Virus record (IMG/VR): IMGVR_UViG_3300041964_000068
Coordinates: 14,515-78,514 of that record
DNA from: a virus
Length of the DNA: 64,000 nucleotides
Reading direction: 5' to 3' (one strand)
Positions 39,930 through 51,850 of this stretch are shown here, piece after piece (within the stretch, counting starts at the first letter, position 1; the number at the start of each line of letters is the position of its first letter). The notes below the pieces were generated by a model. It saw nothing but the letters and a program-made list of their open reading frames with translations, ran no database searches and had not been told where the DNA came from. Made by a program: the position numbers and the translations under genes.

Positions 39930-40464
39930 CATCGAACCAGTACCGCCGTTTGTGTATGAGCCGATCGATCTGCCTGAAGCCGTTCTCAGAATCTTGCAGA
40001 TGGCGCAGACAGGCGTTTATCGTCCCGATATTATTGACGCCTTGCGCCCGTACTGCTCGAAGCGCGATATCCTTCGGGCAATTCGCCTCGCCAAAGAGTT
40101 CGGCCTGGTTAATATTAGGCAACGTGCCGAAGTCTCGCAGCAGCACGGCTCGTACTATCGGCTTGAGGTTTTCTATATGCCGACTTACGAGGAAGTAAAA
40201 ATCCACTTGCAAATGATGGGCGAAATTCCTCGCAAAGCGTTTAGTGTCCAGAGAGGGGCGCTCACTCCAGAAGAATTCCAGGACTGGGGTAAATTGGGAC
40301 GCCGATCGATTGAAGATTACTATCCGCTGCTGCTGGGAACGGCTGGGATTGTCGCCGGGTTTATCTTCGCATTAACCTCGTTGACGGCGCTCTATTTCAT
40401 TTCCATCGGTGTCGCTGCCGCCTCGTTCAGTATCTATTTCTTCCAGACAAGGAGAGGGCGATGA
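39898..40464 (+). CDS. wHTH-like N-terminus with two C-terminal transmembrane helices
   Basis: Hydrophobic C-terminus; start uncertain (possibly GTG near 39922). Confidence 0.6.
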   Translation: MNAREIKTVSDIEPVPPFVYEPIDLPEAVLRILQMAQTGVYRPDIIDALRPYCSKRDILRAIRLAKEFGLVNIRQRAEVSQQHGSYYRLEVFYMPTYEEVKIHLQMMGEIPRKAFSVQRGALTPEEFQDWGKLGRRSIEDYYPLLLGTAGIVAGFIFALTSLTALYFISIGVAAASFSIYFFQTRRGR

Positions 40465-40643
40465 GGTTAATCTCTTTTGCTGCTTCAGCTTACGCCTGCG
40501 GGGTTGTCGCGAAAATGTGCTGGAACGCAGACACGAATTCAGCTAACGCTCAGCTTGCTTGGGCAACCTCAGCAATTGTTGTGCTTTTGATGATGATTCT
40601 TTTGGTTGTTACTGACGAGCCTAAAAAATAAGAAAAAGCAATA

Positions 40644-40964
40644 ATGAATGTTGAAGTCACGCCACGCGAAGAACTCATTATTCTCGCGCTCTACGATAAA
40701 GAACTCTACGGCCTGGAAATCTCAAAGGCCATAGAACAAGCTAGCAACGAAAAGCTTCGGATGAGCGTTGGCACACTGTACCCTCTCCTACACTCCCTTG
40801 AAGACAAAGGACTTATCAAGCCCCGATGGGGTGATGAAGGCCGGGGAGAGCGGAAAGGCGCGAGGCGTTGCTACTACAAGCTCACAGCTAGCGGCGTGGC
40901 TACCTTCGAGGCTATTCAATCCTTCCGAGCTAATCTCGTCAATTGGCAGCCAGGCGTTAGTTAG
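40644..40964 (+). CDS. PadR-family transcriptional regulator
   Basis: ELYGLEI...GTLYPLLHSLEDKGLI...W...RRCYYKLT. Confidence 0.92.
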   Translation: MNVEVTPREELIILALYDKELYGLEISKAIEQASNEKLRMSVGTLYPLLHSLEDKGLIKPRWGDEGRGERKGARRCYYKLTASGVATFEAIQSFRANLVNWQPGVS

Positions 40965-43900
40965 CTCCTCGACAACGAACCGCCGGGGCGCTTCTCCTTC
41001 TGAATGGTGGCCTGAATCTGCGATTCCATGATTTGTCTGAAGGCCGGGATATCGACACTGGATTCTTCGCCGCTGACGTTGACGGTGACGGGCACGTTGA
41101 CATCGCCGCCCCGCTTGCCGCCCGCCGCCATGCCGCTCGTTTGAATGCGAGGAGCGCTCATGCCCACTGTGCCGCCGGACTTGAAGTTTAGTACATCGTC
41201 CATCCCCAATTCGCGGTAGCGCCGTGCCTGAGCAACCGTTAGAACCTCCTCCCCCGGCGTCAAGGCAGCGAGAACCGCATTGTTCCCTTCTCGCTGCAAC
41301 GCCTCGCTAATTGCGCCGTAGCCCTTGCGATAGCTGGAGTGATTGAGCGCATCCACTTCGCCGCCTTCAGCAAACCCGCCAATCAGCGAAGCCCCGATAT
41401 TCAAAATCGTTCCCGCCAATCCTCCACCCAGGCCGCCACCGCCGCCGCCAACCGCCGCGCCCGCCGCCTGCTGTCCCGCGCCGAAGATGCCGCTCAGAAC
41501 TCCGCCGATCCCGCCGCCGCCCGCCGCTTGTTGCCCCGGCAGGCCACCGCCGCCGCCAAACAGATCCTTCAGCAAGGCGTTGACGGCAAGCTGAGCGAGT
41601 TGCGAGAGGATATTCGAGATTAGATCCTTGAACGCTTCACCCGCCGACTTGGAGCCTGTGAGGATGTCATTAAAGAACTGCCCTAGCGATTCCTGTCCGA
41701 TCGTCTCAAGCGTCTCCCCCAAGTCTTTGAATTGACTGTCGATGTTCTCCAGGTTCAGGGCATTCAGGGTTTCGGCTTCGGATCGAAGTGCTGCAATTTG
41801 CTCAGCCGAAAACTGTGTCGATTCTTCGAGCGCGTCAATGCCCGACATCTGCCGCCCGAATCGCTCGTTCTCCTGCTCAAACGCATACTGCTCTCGCACC
41901 TGCGCTGCGCCGAAGGTGTCCCGATTGTTTTCGAGATAGGTTGCCGAAGCCTCAACTGTGTCTTGCTGAAGCGTATCCTCAAGCTGTTGCCGTACTTGCT
42001 CTAGTCCGGTTTGAGCGATCCGGATTTCGATATCGCGCTGCTGAGTGAGAGCGTCAAGCTGATCGGATAAGTGCGTGGCTTCTTGTTGGGCTAAAGTTAG
42101 CTGCTCCGGGTTGAGGTTCAATCCCTGCCCGTCGATCGCCTCCATGTTGTCGCGGATTCGCTTAAGCTGCTCCTCCAGCGGGCGCATTTGCTCAGCGTAA
42201 CGATCTCCGATGCCCATGATGTCGCCACGAGTCTGAATCACCTGCACCCCAATTTCATTGCCTTCGAGTCCGGCTTGCGCGGCTCGCTCTTGCAGCATCA
42301 GGGCTGCACTTTGGCGTAAGCTCTCCGCTCGTTGAAGTGCCTGCTGCTGTGCATAGGCTTCGGTAGCGATGTCATTCTGACGGTCAAACAAGGTTTGCGC
42401 GTCGTTGAGTACACCCTGGAAGCGGTTTAGCTCGGTCTGGGTGTTGTTGATGAAGCTGTCTAGACCGGGAATAGCCGACAGCATCTCGGTCGCTTGCGCC
42501 TCGATCGTCGCCGGATCAACGCCAAGCTGAGCGGCCTGAGTGCGGAAGTCCTGTACCTGCGTCAGGATTTCGTTCTTCGCTGCTTCTGCTGCGGTAATGG
42601 CTTCTTGGGCATCGCGAACACTACGAATCAGGTCGCGGTTTTGGTCTTGGAACTGCCGCTCGCGCTGAACGCCTGCCCGGATGAACTCGGCTGACTGAGT
42701 ATCGCCCAGCATCTCCAGCGATATATCTTCCTGAGCGCGTTCGTAGTTGAGCGCTTCGTCCTGCATCTCTTCCGCCGATCGCCGCAGTGATGTCATGCGA
42801 TCCTGCACCATGCGGCGAAGGTTGGCGCTACTGGCACTGTTTTGAGCCGCTAGCCGCTGATCGTAGGACTCAAGCTGATCTGTAAGGGCTTGAGAAGCGA
42901 CACCTAAACCTTGGTTGACCTGTGTCTGTCCGAAGCGCAACCCCTGATTAACGCCAGGAGCGCCGGGGTACTGAGTCTGAGAGGCCAAGGCCGTAGTCGC
43001 GGCAGCATTTCCGGTGACGCCGCTATCCCGCAAGAACTGTTGCGCCCGTTCGTAATGATCGCCCGATTGAAATTTGGGTGCAGCATTGCGTACCGTAGTA
43101 CCGTTGGAGTCTCTTCTGTTCCAGTAACGCTCTGAGCGTTGCCCGCTAGCACCGCTGAGTAGGCGTGTCGGATGTCGTGTTGTCCGGGTTGGAATCCTCG
43201 ATCTTGCAGGTAGCGCTCAATCGCGGGCATTTGCTCTGCGATTGACTGATTCCGGCGAATGCCGTAGCGCTGCTGATTGTCCGGCGAAAACTGAATCAAG
43301 CCTTGGTAATCGTTGCCGTCACCGCCCATTACGTTCGGGTTGAATGATCCGCCCGACTCCCAACTCATCAAAGCGGCAAACTGATCGACAGGTAAGCCAA
43401 GGCGCTGAGCAGCCCCCGCCATCGCTGCGGCTCCGGCAGGGTCAGACCGCACTCGTTCGGCGCGGCTGAGTGTCCCGCCGCGAGGCACGTAGCGCTGTCC
43501 TGTTGGTTGAGGCGCGGCTTGAGCGGGTCTAGCAGCTTGCGCGGGAGCAGGCGCAGGCGCAGGTGCAGGAGCTTGCTGAATCGCCTGATTGAAATTAGGC
43601 GCTCCTCTTGCCAGTTCTCGTGCGGTTCGATCGCGCATTCCCAGCGCGGCACGGTTTGTTCTACGGCTATCCGGTGCAAAGAAATCCAGCGAAACGTGCG
43701 CCCCGGTTGTCGATCCGGTTCGCCCCTGCGTACCCAACACCGTGCCGACACCGACTTGTTGACCCACCTGCACGGCAACCCGATCGAGGTGAGCGTAGAG
43801 CATATCAACAAACTCCCCCGTCACCTCATCACGAGCGCGTACAATCACCTGATTGCCGTAGCCTCTGCGTCCGGTGTTGCGGCCTCCCCGCCCCATATTG

Positions 43901-46900
43901 TTTTCCCAGTTCTGATCCGTCACGGTGCGAACCACCGTACCCGCCGCCACCGCGCCGAACTCTGCTCCCCTCCTGCCGTCTGCTACCACATAATCGAGGC
44001 CAGGTTCACCGCTTGCGTCCACTGCTGACGTGACGTGAATCCCCTCAAAGCGGGTCGTTCGCCCTGCCGCCGCCGCTGCGCCCGCTAGAGGAGCGCCCGT
44101 TGCTGGCTGTAAACCGCTGAGAAGCTGTTGCGCCTGCATTGCGGTGTCCGCAAACTGATTGTTCGCCGCGAGGCGATTGCGCTGTGCTTCAAGCAGGTTC
44201 TTCAGCGGCTCAAATAGCTGCTCGACGAGTTCGGTCATGCCGGAAACAAACTCGCCAAAGTATTTATTACCGATTCCGGTAAGGTTCGTGCTGAGCCTTG
44301 TTCGCGCCTGCATCATGACGCGATCGAGGTCGGATTCCTTGATCGACATCGCCACGTCTTGAGCGTTGCGTTCAATGCCCCGGTAGAAGTCGGCTACCTG
44401 AGTCGAGACTTCTTTAAGCTGCTGCTGAGCGTCTACTTGAGCTTGGGCGATTTCACCTTGCAGCGAGGTTACATCAATTTGGCGCTGAGAAAGCTGCTCC
44501 TGAATGTCAGCCGCAATCAAAAGCTGATCCTTCAGATCTCCGTCCGGCCTTGCGGGGTCGTTGGCGTAGGCGCGAATTTGTGCGGCTCCCGTCCCCGGCG
44601 CAATCTCAGCCGTCCTGAGTGCGTTTTGCAGTTCAGCGTTCAGCAGTTGATTTTGCAGCCGCGAAATCTCTTGCTGACTAGCTTGAATCTGTGCGTTCAA
44701 GCGTTCCTGATTCGCTCGGTTCTGACGGTCGCCTGCCTGTACTGTGTTCAGTCCTCCAGCCGCTTGCTGTTGCAAGATTTCGGTTTGGTTGGCGGCGGCT
44801 TCTTGCTGTAGGCGAGTGTTCGTGTCAGCGGTAACCGCTTTATTTGTTCGTACTCTTGAGTGAGCCGCTGAACGCTTGTAACCGACTGCTGAATCAGCTT
44901 GTTTAGGTTCGCCTGTCCTTCCTCAGACGCACCGATCAGATTGTTGACCTGTTCAAGCTGCCGAATTAACGCCTCTTTGTTCTCTGCGTTCTCAGGCGTA
45001 TCGAATGCCCCTGAACCCAGATCGGCCTCAAGCTGGTCACGAATTTGTTTGAAGCTTTCCAGGTTGGCGGAAACAAGCGCCTGCACTTCCGCGATCGGAC
45101 GGCTCGCCGTTTCTCGCGCCTGCACCAGATCGTTGCGCTGAGCTTCAAGCTGTCGGCGCATATCGGTATCAGCGGGCGATAGCGCTTGTCGCTGAAGCGA
45201 ATTCTGGCGTAGTTGAGCATCAATGCGATTAAGGTCTTGGATTTGAGTACCGCCGCGCCCGCCCGCGCCCAGCATCCCGTAAAGACGGCTGAGGGATTCG
45301 TTTCCGCCTGTAATCGCGTTGCCCGACTGAATGATCCGATCTTCGGCTTGTTTCTGCGCGTAGGTTCTCAGAGGAGTTTGCAGCCTTCGCTCTCCCTCTC
45401 CGAGTACCCCTATCCGGCGCAGCCCCGCATCCGCCAATCCACCGAGCGGATCTGACTGAATTCCGCGCTCAATCATACGCGACAACCCCGCCCCGGCCTC
45501 GTCACCCAGCAGCGCCTTGAAGATCCCGCCCGCTGCTGTTTCCTCCATCATCGAAGGAGCTTTGATCGAAGCTAGCGCGTCTTTCGCGTCAGTGAGTGAC
45601 TTGACAAAGCGGTTCGTTTGCTCGGTGCTTTCGCCAACGCTTTCTTTGTAGCGATCGAGGCGTCCATTAATATCAGTCGCCGCCTGTCCAATTGCGCCGG
45701 AAGAATCAGAAATCCCGGTCTTGAATATATGGAACAGGTTGAAGATGGCGGTGATGACAGCGAATTCCAGCGCGACCCGCTTCAGCATCGTCAGCAGTCG
45801 GCCTAGAATTGCCGGAATCTTTGCAAACGCCGCTCCTACCAGTTCGGCAACTGCCGGAATCCCCATCAACATCCCGATTAGCTGAGCGAAGCCCTTGACC
45901 ATGTTGCGAACAATCGCAAAGGTGAGCAGCCCCAATGCCTGGTTGAGGATGTCGGCGTTCTCTCTCACGACCGACATTGCTTCCGCCATCGCATTAAAGC
46001 CCAGGTTGCGAACAGGGAGCGCTAAATCCCCGATCGATTCCTGCAACAGCAAAATTTCGTTGTTAAGGCGATTGGTTGCAGACTGAGCCGTATTCGCTGA
46101 CCCCGCTAATCCTACCGAGGTTTCCGCCGAAAGCTGCTGTGCGAAGCGAGGAATGAACTCCTCTGCTGTCACCTCGCCGCTTTCGACCCGCTTCGAGAAT
46201 TCTTGAGGAGACATCCCGTAGGATCTTGCCGCAACCCCGATCGACGAAGGCAGCGCTTCAGCGAGTTGTCCGCGCAATTCTTCGAGGCTTAGCTGTGACT
46301 TGTCGATCATCTGCTGAAGCGCAACATAAGCATTTTGCTGTCGCTCAGGAGAGACGCCATAAACAGCAGAAGCTTGGTTGACGGCTCCGAAAAGCTGTCG
46401 AATCGATTCTCCTTCGAGGCTAGTTCCTTGCGCTGACGCACCTAGACCCGCGAAACCCTGCAAGTTGGTTTCGATATTGGTTCCCAGGTCAGTAGATTGA
46501 TTTTTGACAAGCGCGATATTTTGAGCGGCTTCGGCGCTGGAGCTACTGGTGAATTTGATCGCCTGTTCCATGCTCTCAAACCGCATCGCCACTTCCATCG
46601 AAGCGGTGATGAACTGATCGAGCAACATCAAAATCGGCTTCAGGACAAGCTCGAAGGAGACAAATCCAACCGCCAAGTTTGTAATCAGGCGCGTGTTCTT
46701 GAGGATGCCGTCTGCGATTCCGGCGAACGCCCGCCCAACCTTGGGCGCAAACGTCGCCATCTCTTTCATCGCATCGAGTGAATCCAGCATGAACGAGATG
46801 CTGCCGCCGATGATCGGGATATTTTCTAGCGGATGCTGAGTGCTGACCTCGAATTCTTGGAACTCACCCAGGTCTTTGCCGAGTTCTTTCAGGCGAGACT

Positions 46901-49900
46901 GAAAAGCTTTCGCGTAAGTAGAAGCTTGTTCCTTCGCCGCCTGCATAATATTTTGCGGGGACAAGCTTTGAATAAGCTGTTTCGCGCCTGCAAACATACT
47001 TGCTCGCGGCGGCGAAGCCATCTTCTCATTGTTAAACGGCTCCAGCCCCGCCCCTTCAAATTCTTGGGGGGAGACGGGATGATTACTGGTTCGCCGCTGT
47101 CCCAAGAACCCAAAGAAACGCTCATGAAAGTCAGGCCGACCCAGATACTCCGACAGCTTGTGATTTTGGCCTGCGCCCGACAGCATTTGCAAGGCGGGAT
47201 CGGGTCTACCAAACTTGCGTACCATTGGGGCGAGCAAGTCCCCTTCTCCCAAGAAAGCTCGAAACTTCTCAGGATCGCTCCCCATCAGGCCGAAGGTTGG
47301 AGTCCCAATTCCAACCGCCTTCGACTCTACCCCCATATGTTGAAGAATTTGCTGAGACTCGCGAGCGACATATCCCCCGGCACTGTAGCCCGCAAAATTA
47401 ACCGGGAGTCCGGTCTGTCGATGTCTCGCAAGACCAACGGCGGCAGCTTCGATCGCGTCGGGGTTGAACGCCTCTAGAACGTTGTGCCTGAACGCTTTGC
47501 CGATTACTTCTGCGATGAATTTCCGCTTTTTCGCGAATGAAACGCTCGTGTCAGTGGCGACATTCTCGATATGTTCGATCAAGAAGTCAGTTCCCGCCAG
47601 CTTGCCGATGCGCTCCGCGACCGACTTTCCGGTTTTCCCGCGCTGCCCTGCGAATCCGCCGGAAACCACCATGATCGACTTCGCTTGACTGGAGTAATCC
47701 CCCATTTGCTTGCCAAGCTCGTTCGCCCGCTTCATCACCATCTCAGCAGATTTCTTTAGCTGAGCCTGCTGCCGTGCCTTCAGCGCCTCGATCGGAGACA
47801 TCATCTTGACGATGTTTTGCAGCCCCGATGAAATGCTGCTGTAGGCGGAAGCAACCGAGCGTTGAGCGGCCTTGGCGGAATTGGCGATCAGTTCCGCTCC
47901 CAACATTCGCGGATCAATTGCGCCCGCCTCGTCGCCATTCAATCCGCCTGGTTTTCTTCTCGCCGCCAGCATTCCGATGAAGCGCTGCTTGAACGAAGCA
48001 TTCCCGCGCAGTGATTGCTCTTGCTGGTAGATTCGCTCTGTGACAGCGCGAGGCTGATTTTCCGGCTTCGGGGAAGTCCACTCTCGCTTAAGCGAGTTCT
48101 CAATTTTGGTGAATTGACCTTTTGCAGCACGAGCAATCGGAGCCTCAAGCCCCTGCTCGATCGCAATTTCGAGCATTGCCCGCCCTTCGGCAATGCCTTC
48201 GATAATTTCTTTGCCGACCGCTTCCGCCTCTCCGGTGAGGCCGTCTGCAATTAACGACTTGAGTCGATCGACCTTGCCTTTAATCTGCCCGCTACGTTCT
48301 CGAACGATGCGGCGAAGCGATTCGGCGTCAGGGTTGGCTGAGGCAGGCGCGAGTCCTGGTGTTTGAGCCTGTAGCCTCGTGAGCCTTTGCGATTCCCGAT
48401 AGGCCGCTTCCGCCTCGGTGATTTGCTTCTTGGGGATGACGGGCGCGGCGGTGGCTGGCGAGGTGGGGGGAGTGGGGGGTTTCTCGATTGACTCGATCGA
48501 GACGGGCATTGCCCCAGGTACACCAAATACTGACTGCAAATTAGCCAGCAGTTGATTTTTAACGATCTTGTAAACTCGCTCTTGATCGGCGTCAGTGAAT
48601 CCAATCGTTTTCTCGCCTTCACCCGCATACTTCGCCCCGAACGGCTCCAGTACACCCTCGACCGCCGACCCGCCCAGCGTCGTATTGACAGCGGCAAGGT
48701 ACTGATATTGTTGTGGGTGAAAAGGAATGGCGGAGTTGTCGAACTGCGGGGCAACCCCAAAGATTTTTTGCAGACTCGCATGAGCCTTGTCGATCTTGGC
48801 GATGTCGATTCGATCTGATCCCTGCAAAGCATCAACGATGTCTTGCATGATCTGCTTGAACGCCTTGCCTTCTTCTAGGGCTTTGCCCTTAATGCGCTTA
48901 CTGACCTCGAATTCTGAAGCGGCATATTCTAGATCGGCCTTCTCCTGAGATTCCCCGTAGGTTTTTCTCAGCTTGCCGTCCTCTGTGACAAAGGCATACT
49001 TCCCGGCCTGTAACTCTGATTGTGCCTGAGTATCCCCCTTCAATACGCCCAGCGTTCGCGTCACTGATTCAAACTGCCCGTACATATCGGCGTACATCTT
49101 GAACGCCGCAGTACCTTCCTTGCCTTGAAACTCTTTCGCAACCGGAGAGGTATGAGTCCCCAGGAATTTGACCAACTCAGCCTGAGTACCCGGATCAGCC
49201 ATGAACTGACCCAGGTGATGCGCGACACCTGCGCCGGGGATTACTGCTGTGTTGCGGCTGGGAGCGAGCAATCCAGTCAGGGCGTCAGCGCCCAGCGGTA
49301 GCTGCTTCAGCGACTCGTCAAGAATTTTTAGCTGGGCTTTGCTGAGCTTTGAGCGATCGATATGCTTCGTTCCGAACGAAGCCATGTACATCGGATCTTG
49401 ATCGCCCACGAACGCCTGAAAGTTTTTAGCGCTGGCGGTCTGGGTTAGCCCGTACAGCCCCAATGTCGCGCCGAATCCCTTCGTGTTGGTCGCGCCACCT
49501 CGTTCCGCAATAGCTGTCGCTTCTTCGGCGGCAACCGTTCCGCCGGACGTACCCGCGAAAACGAATTTCTTTTCTGGGTATTTTTTCTCGTAGGCGAGAC
49601 GAGTTGCCTCTAGCTTAATCGCATCGGGGTTATAGCCGGATTCCACCGCCAAGTTCAGAAGCCGATCGATCGGCATCGCCTTGACATCTTCTTCCTTAAG
49701 CTCCTGCCCTGTCACCTTAGCGGCGAGTTCAGCCAGTCCTTTGCGAAAGGCGTATAGACCGCCTAGCTCGTCAGAATTGGAGTAGGCGTTCGGAACCGGA
49801 ATGGTTGCAGTCTTCTCACCCAGAACGTTCTTGAGGACGTTGCGAGCAAAGTAAGTATTTCGACCTCCTTCTTGAAAATCCACGCCGCCCGACATCAGGG

Positions 49901-51099
49901 CAATCGTCTTGATGTCGTCAGGATTTTCGAGGTCAGGAACTTCAATCTGCTCGGATAGCTGTTTCGCTAGCTCCATTGACTGAGCCAGCATCACCCGCTT
50001 GCGAATCCGAAAGGGCTGAGCGCCCGCCCTTAAGCCGACCCCCGCCATCCGCAAGCCCGCTTCTTTGACGCCTTCTACAGAAGGTTCAAAATACTGCCCA
50101 ATTTTCTCTCTAGCGCGATCGGGTCTGTTGTAGACGTGCAGATCTTCGAGGCTGGAAACGAGGGTGTCTTCAAACTTTTTGATCCCTCTGACAAACTTGC
50201 GCGGATTCAGGAAATCATCAACCGCTTTTTGAACGCGCTGAAAATCTTTCGCAACATCGCGCAATCCGCCGCGATAGCCGAGTGCCGCCGCGCCTACCTC
50301 TCCGAATCCCTGAGCGCGACCATAGCCCCAACGAGCCGTTGAACGCCCTACTCCGTAGAAGCTTTGGCCTGATTTTTTCTCAACATAATCCCCCATCCCT
50401 TTCGCAAAGTCGAAAGAGAAGTGAGTCCCCACCCCTTCAATGAATCCCGTAGTCAGGCCGTCAAAGATTCGACCCGGAACCCCCATGATTTTATCAAGCA
50501 GAGATTCTTTGCTTGAAGTGTGAATGATGCGGCTAATTTTTACCGAATCTTCACTTGAGGATTTCTTGTTGTCTTTAAGCTGCTGGAGAACGGCTTCAAG
50601 CCGATCGACTACCTCCCCGTTGCCGAGTGGAGCTTGTTGCGGCTGTGTAATCGGTTCAGCATAGTAGGCGGGTTCGGGCACTCGGAACGGTGAGGAACGA
50701 GTACGCTGCTGAAGCTCAATATTCTGATAGCAAGACGATCAAGCTCGCTACTGTCGATTTTCAGCGAGATTCCTTCTCTTGACTTGGCTTCAAACCGATC
50801 GTATTCAAGGCTGGCCTGGTCAAGCTCGCGATTGTCAACCTTTGGGCGAAGCGGCTTCGCGGCGAATAGATTATTCACCTGATTGAAGTGCTTCGCCTTT
50901 AGGTCAAGGTGCTTGTTGAGGTTGGTCAGCGCTCGATCGTCAACCGTTGGCGTGAGGTTTAGTCCCCCGGTACGCTTGAAGCTATTCTCAATCTCGTCCC
51001 TACTTGTAAAGCACTACGCCGCGCTTGTTCCAGGTTTATATAAAAGCTGGAGGCGTCTAAACCGAGTTCGAGGACTAATTTGCCCAGGTCAACCGACAT
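40961..51099 (-). CDS. Giant tape measure protein (~3,400 aa when joined) with two alpha/beta-hydrolase, one degenerate M23 and one lysozyme-like domain; at least 4 frameshifts
   Basis: Start MSVDLGKLVLELGLD at 51099; tape-measure repeat ALQQMIDKSQLSLEELRGQLAEALP; C-terminus IQKEKRPGGSL. Fragments 50609..50878, 44748..50681, 42904..44775 and 40961..43033 abut. Confidence 0.9.
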
Positions 51100-51121
51100 A
51101 CTGCTTTACTCCCAAGGCAAA

Positions 51122-51850
51122 TTAATACTTCCAGTACCGCCGCGCCCCCAGTCAATGTGATAGAAATGCTTGCCAGGGGTGGGGTAGCCGAGGCCAATTC
51201 CACCCGCCGAGCTTCCCTTGATCACCCGTAGCAGATCACCAAAGTTGCCGTTGAGCGGATAGGTGTCGAGCGCCCCTGCTTTAGGGTGAAAAGCTGTTCG
51301 GCCTGCCGCCGATCTTGCGATTCAAGGCCGGAGGTCGAAAGGCCGAAGTCACCGCCAAGGCCGAGCCGAATTCCTGCCGAATTTCGCCAAAAATCTTCGC
51401 GATTTTCAGCATATTTTCGATTTGCTGCTCGGTTTCAGGGATGCGAGTACCGCCATGCGTGAACTCAGCGAAGGTGAGATAGCTGTTGGGGAGAATCCAC
51501 TCGTTCAGGTGCTTCTCTCCCAGCTTCGGCAAGCGAATCGTCTCGCCTGTTTTCGAGCCTGCTTGAGGCATCGGTTTCAGGTCAGGATTGAACTTCTGCT
51601 CGGTGACAGGCTGAGGGCGATCGAGGGTGGCTAGCATCTCAATCGTCTGAGCGCCCAGCTTCGTCGGATGCTCAAGATAGACAGCTTCCTTGAAAGTCGC
51701 TAGCGCCTTGAGAGCGCTATCGCCTGCGACCCCGTTTACTTGGTCAAGAGCGAGATAGCCGCCGATCGACAGCATTGATTCAACCCATTGAATCGTTGAG
51801 GCGGGGCACTTGGTCAACTCGGTGGGAGTTAGGATTACGGGTTTTTGCAT
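51122..51850 (-). CDS. Endolysin-like peptidase M15 with PG-binding-like N-terminus (frameshifted near 51290 and 51148)
   Basis: VTSAFRPPALNRKIGG; after the shift NSFH...ALD...GIGLGY...FYHID. Confidence 0.85.

Noticed and set aside
40644-40964. PadR protein as the circadian period extender Pex
   Set aside because: Only generic PadR motifs are visible; nothing Pex-specific can be supported.
5208-51850. Many split genes (ParB-like, tail genes, RusA, TMP, endolysin) as pseudogenes of a decaying prophage
   Set aside because: Breaks are mostly single-base indels, often at homopolymers, with motifs intact on both sides, and errors worsen toward the end. Long-read error is more likely.
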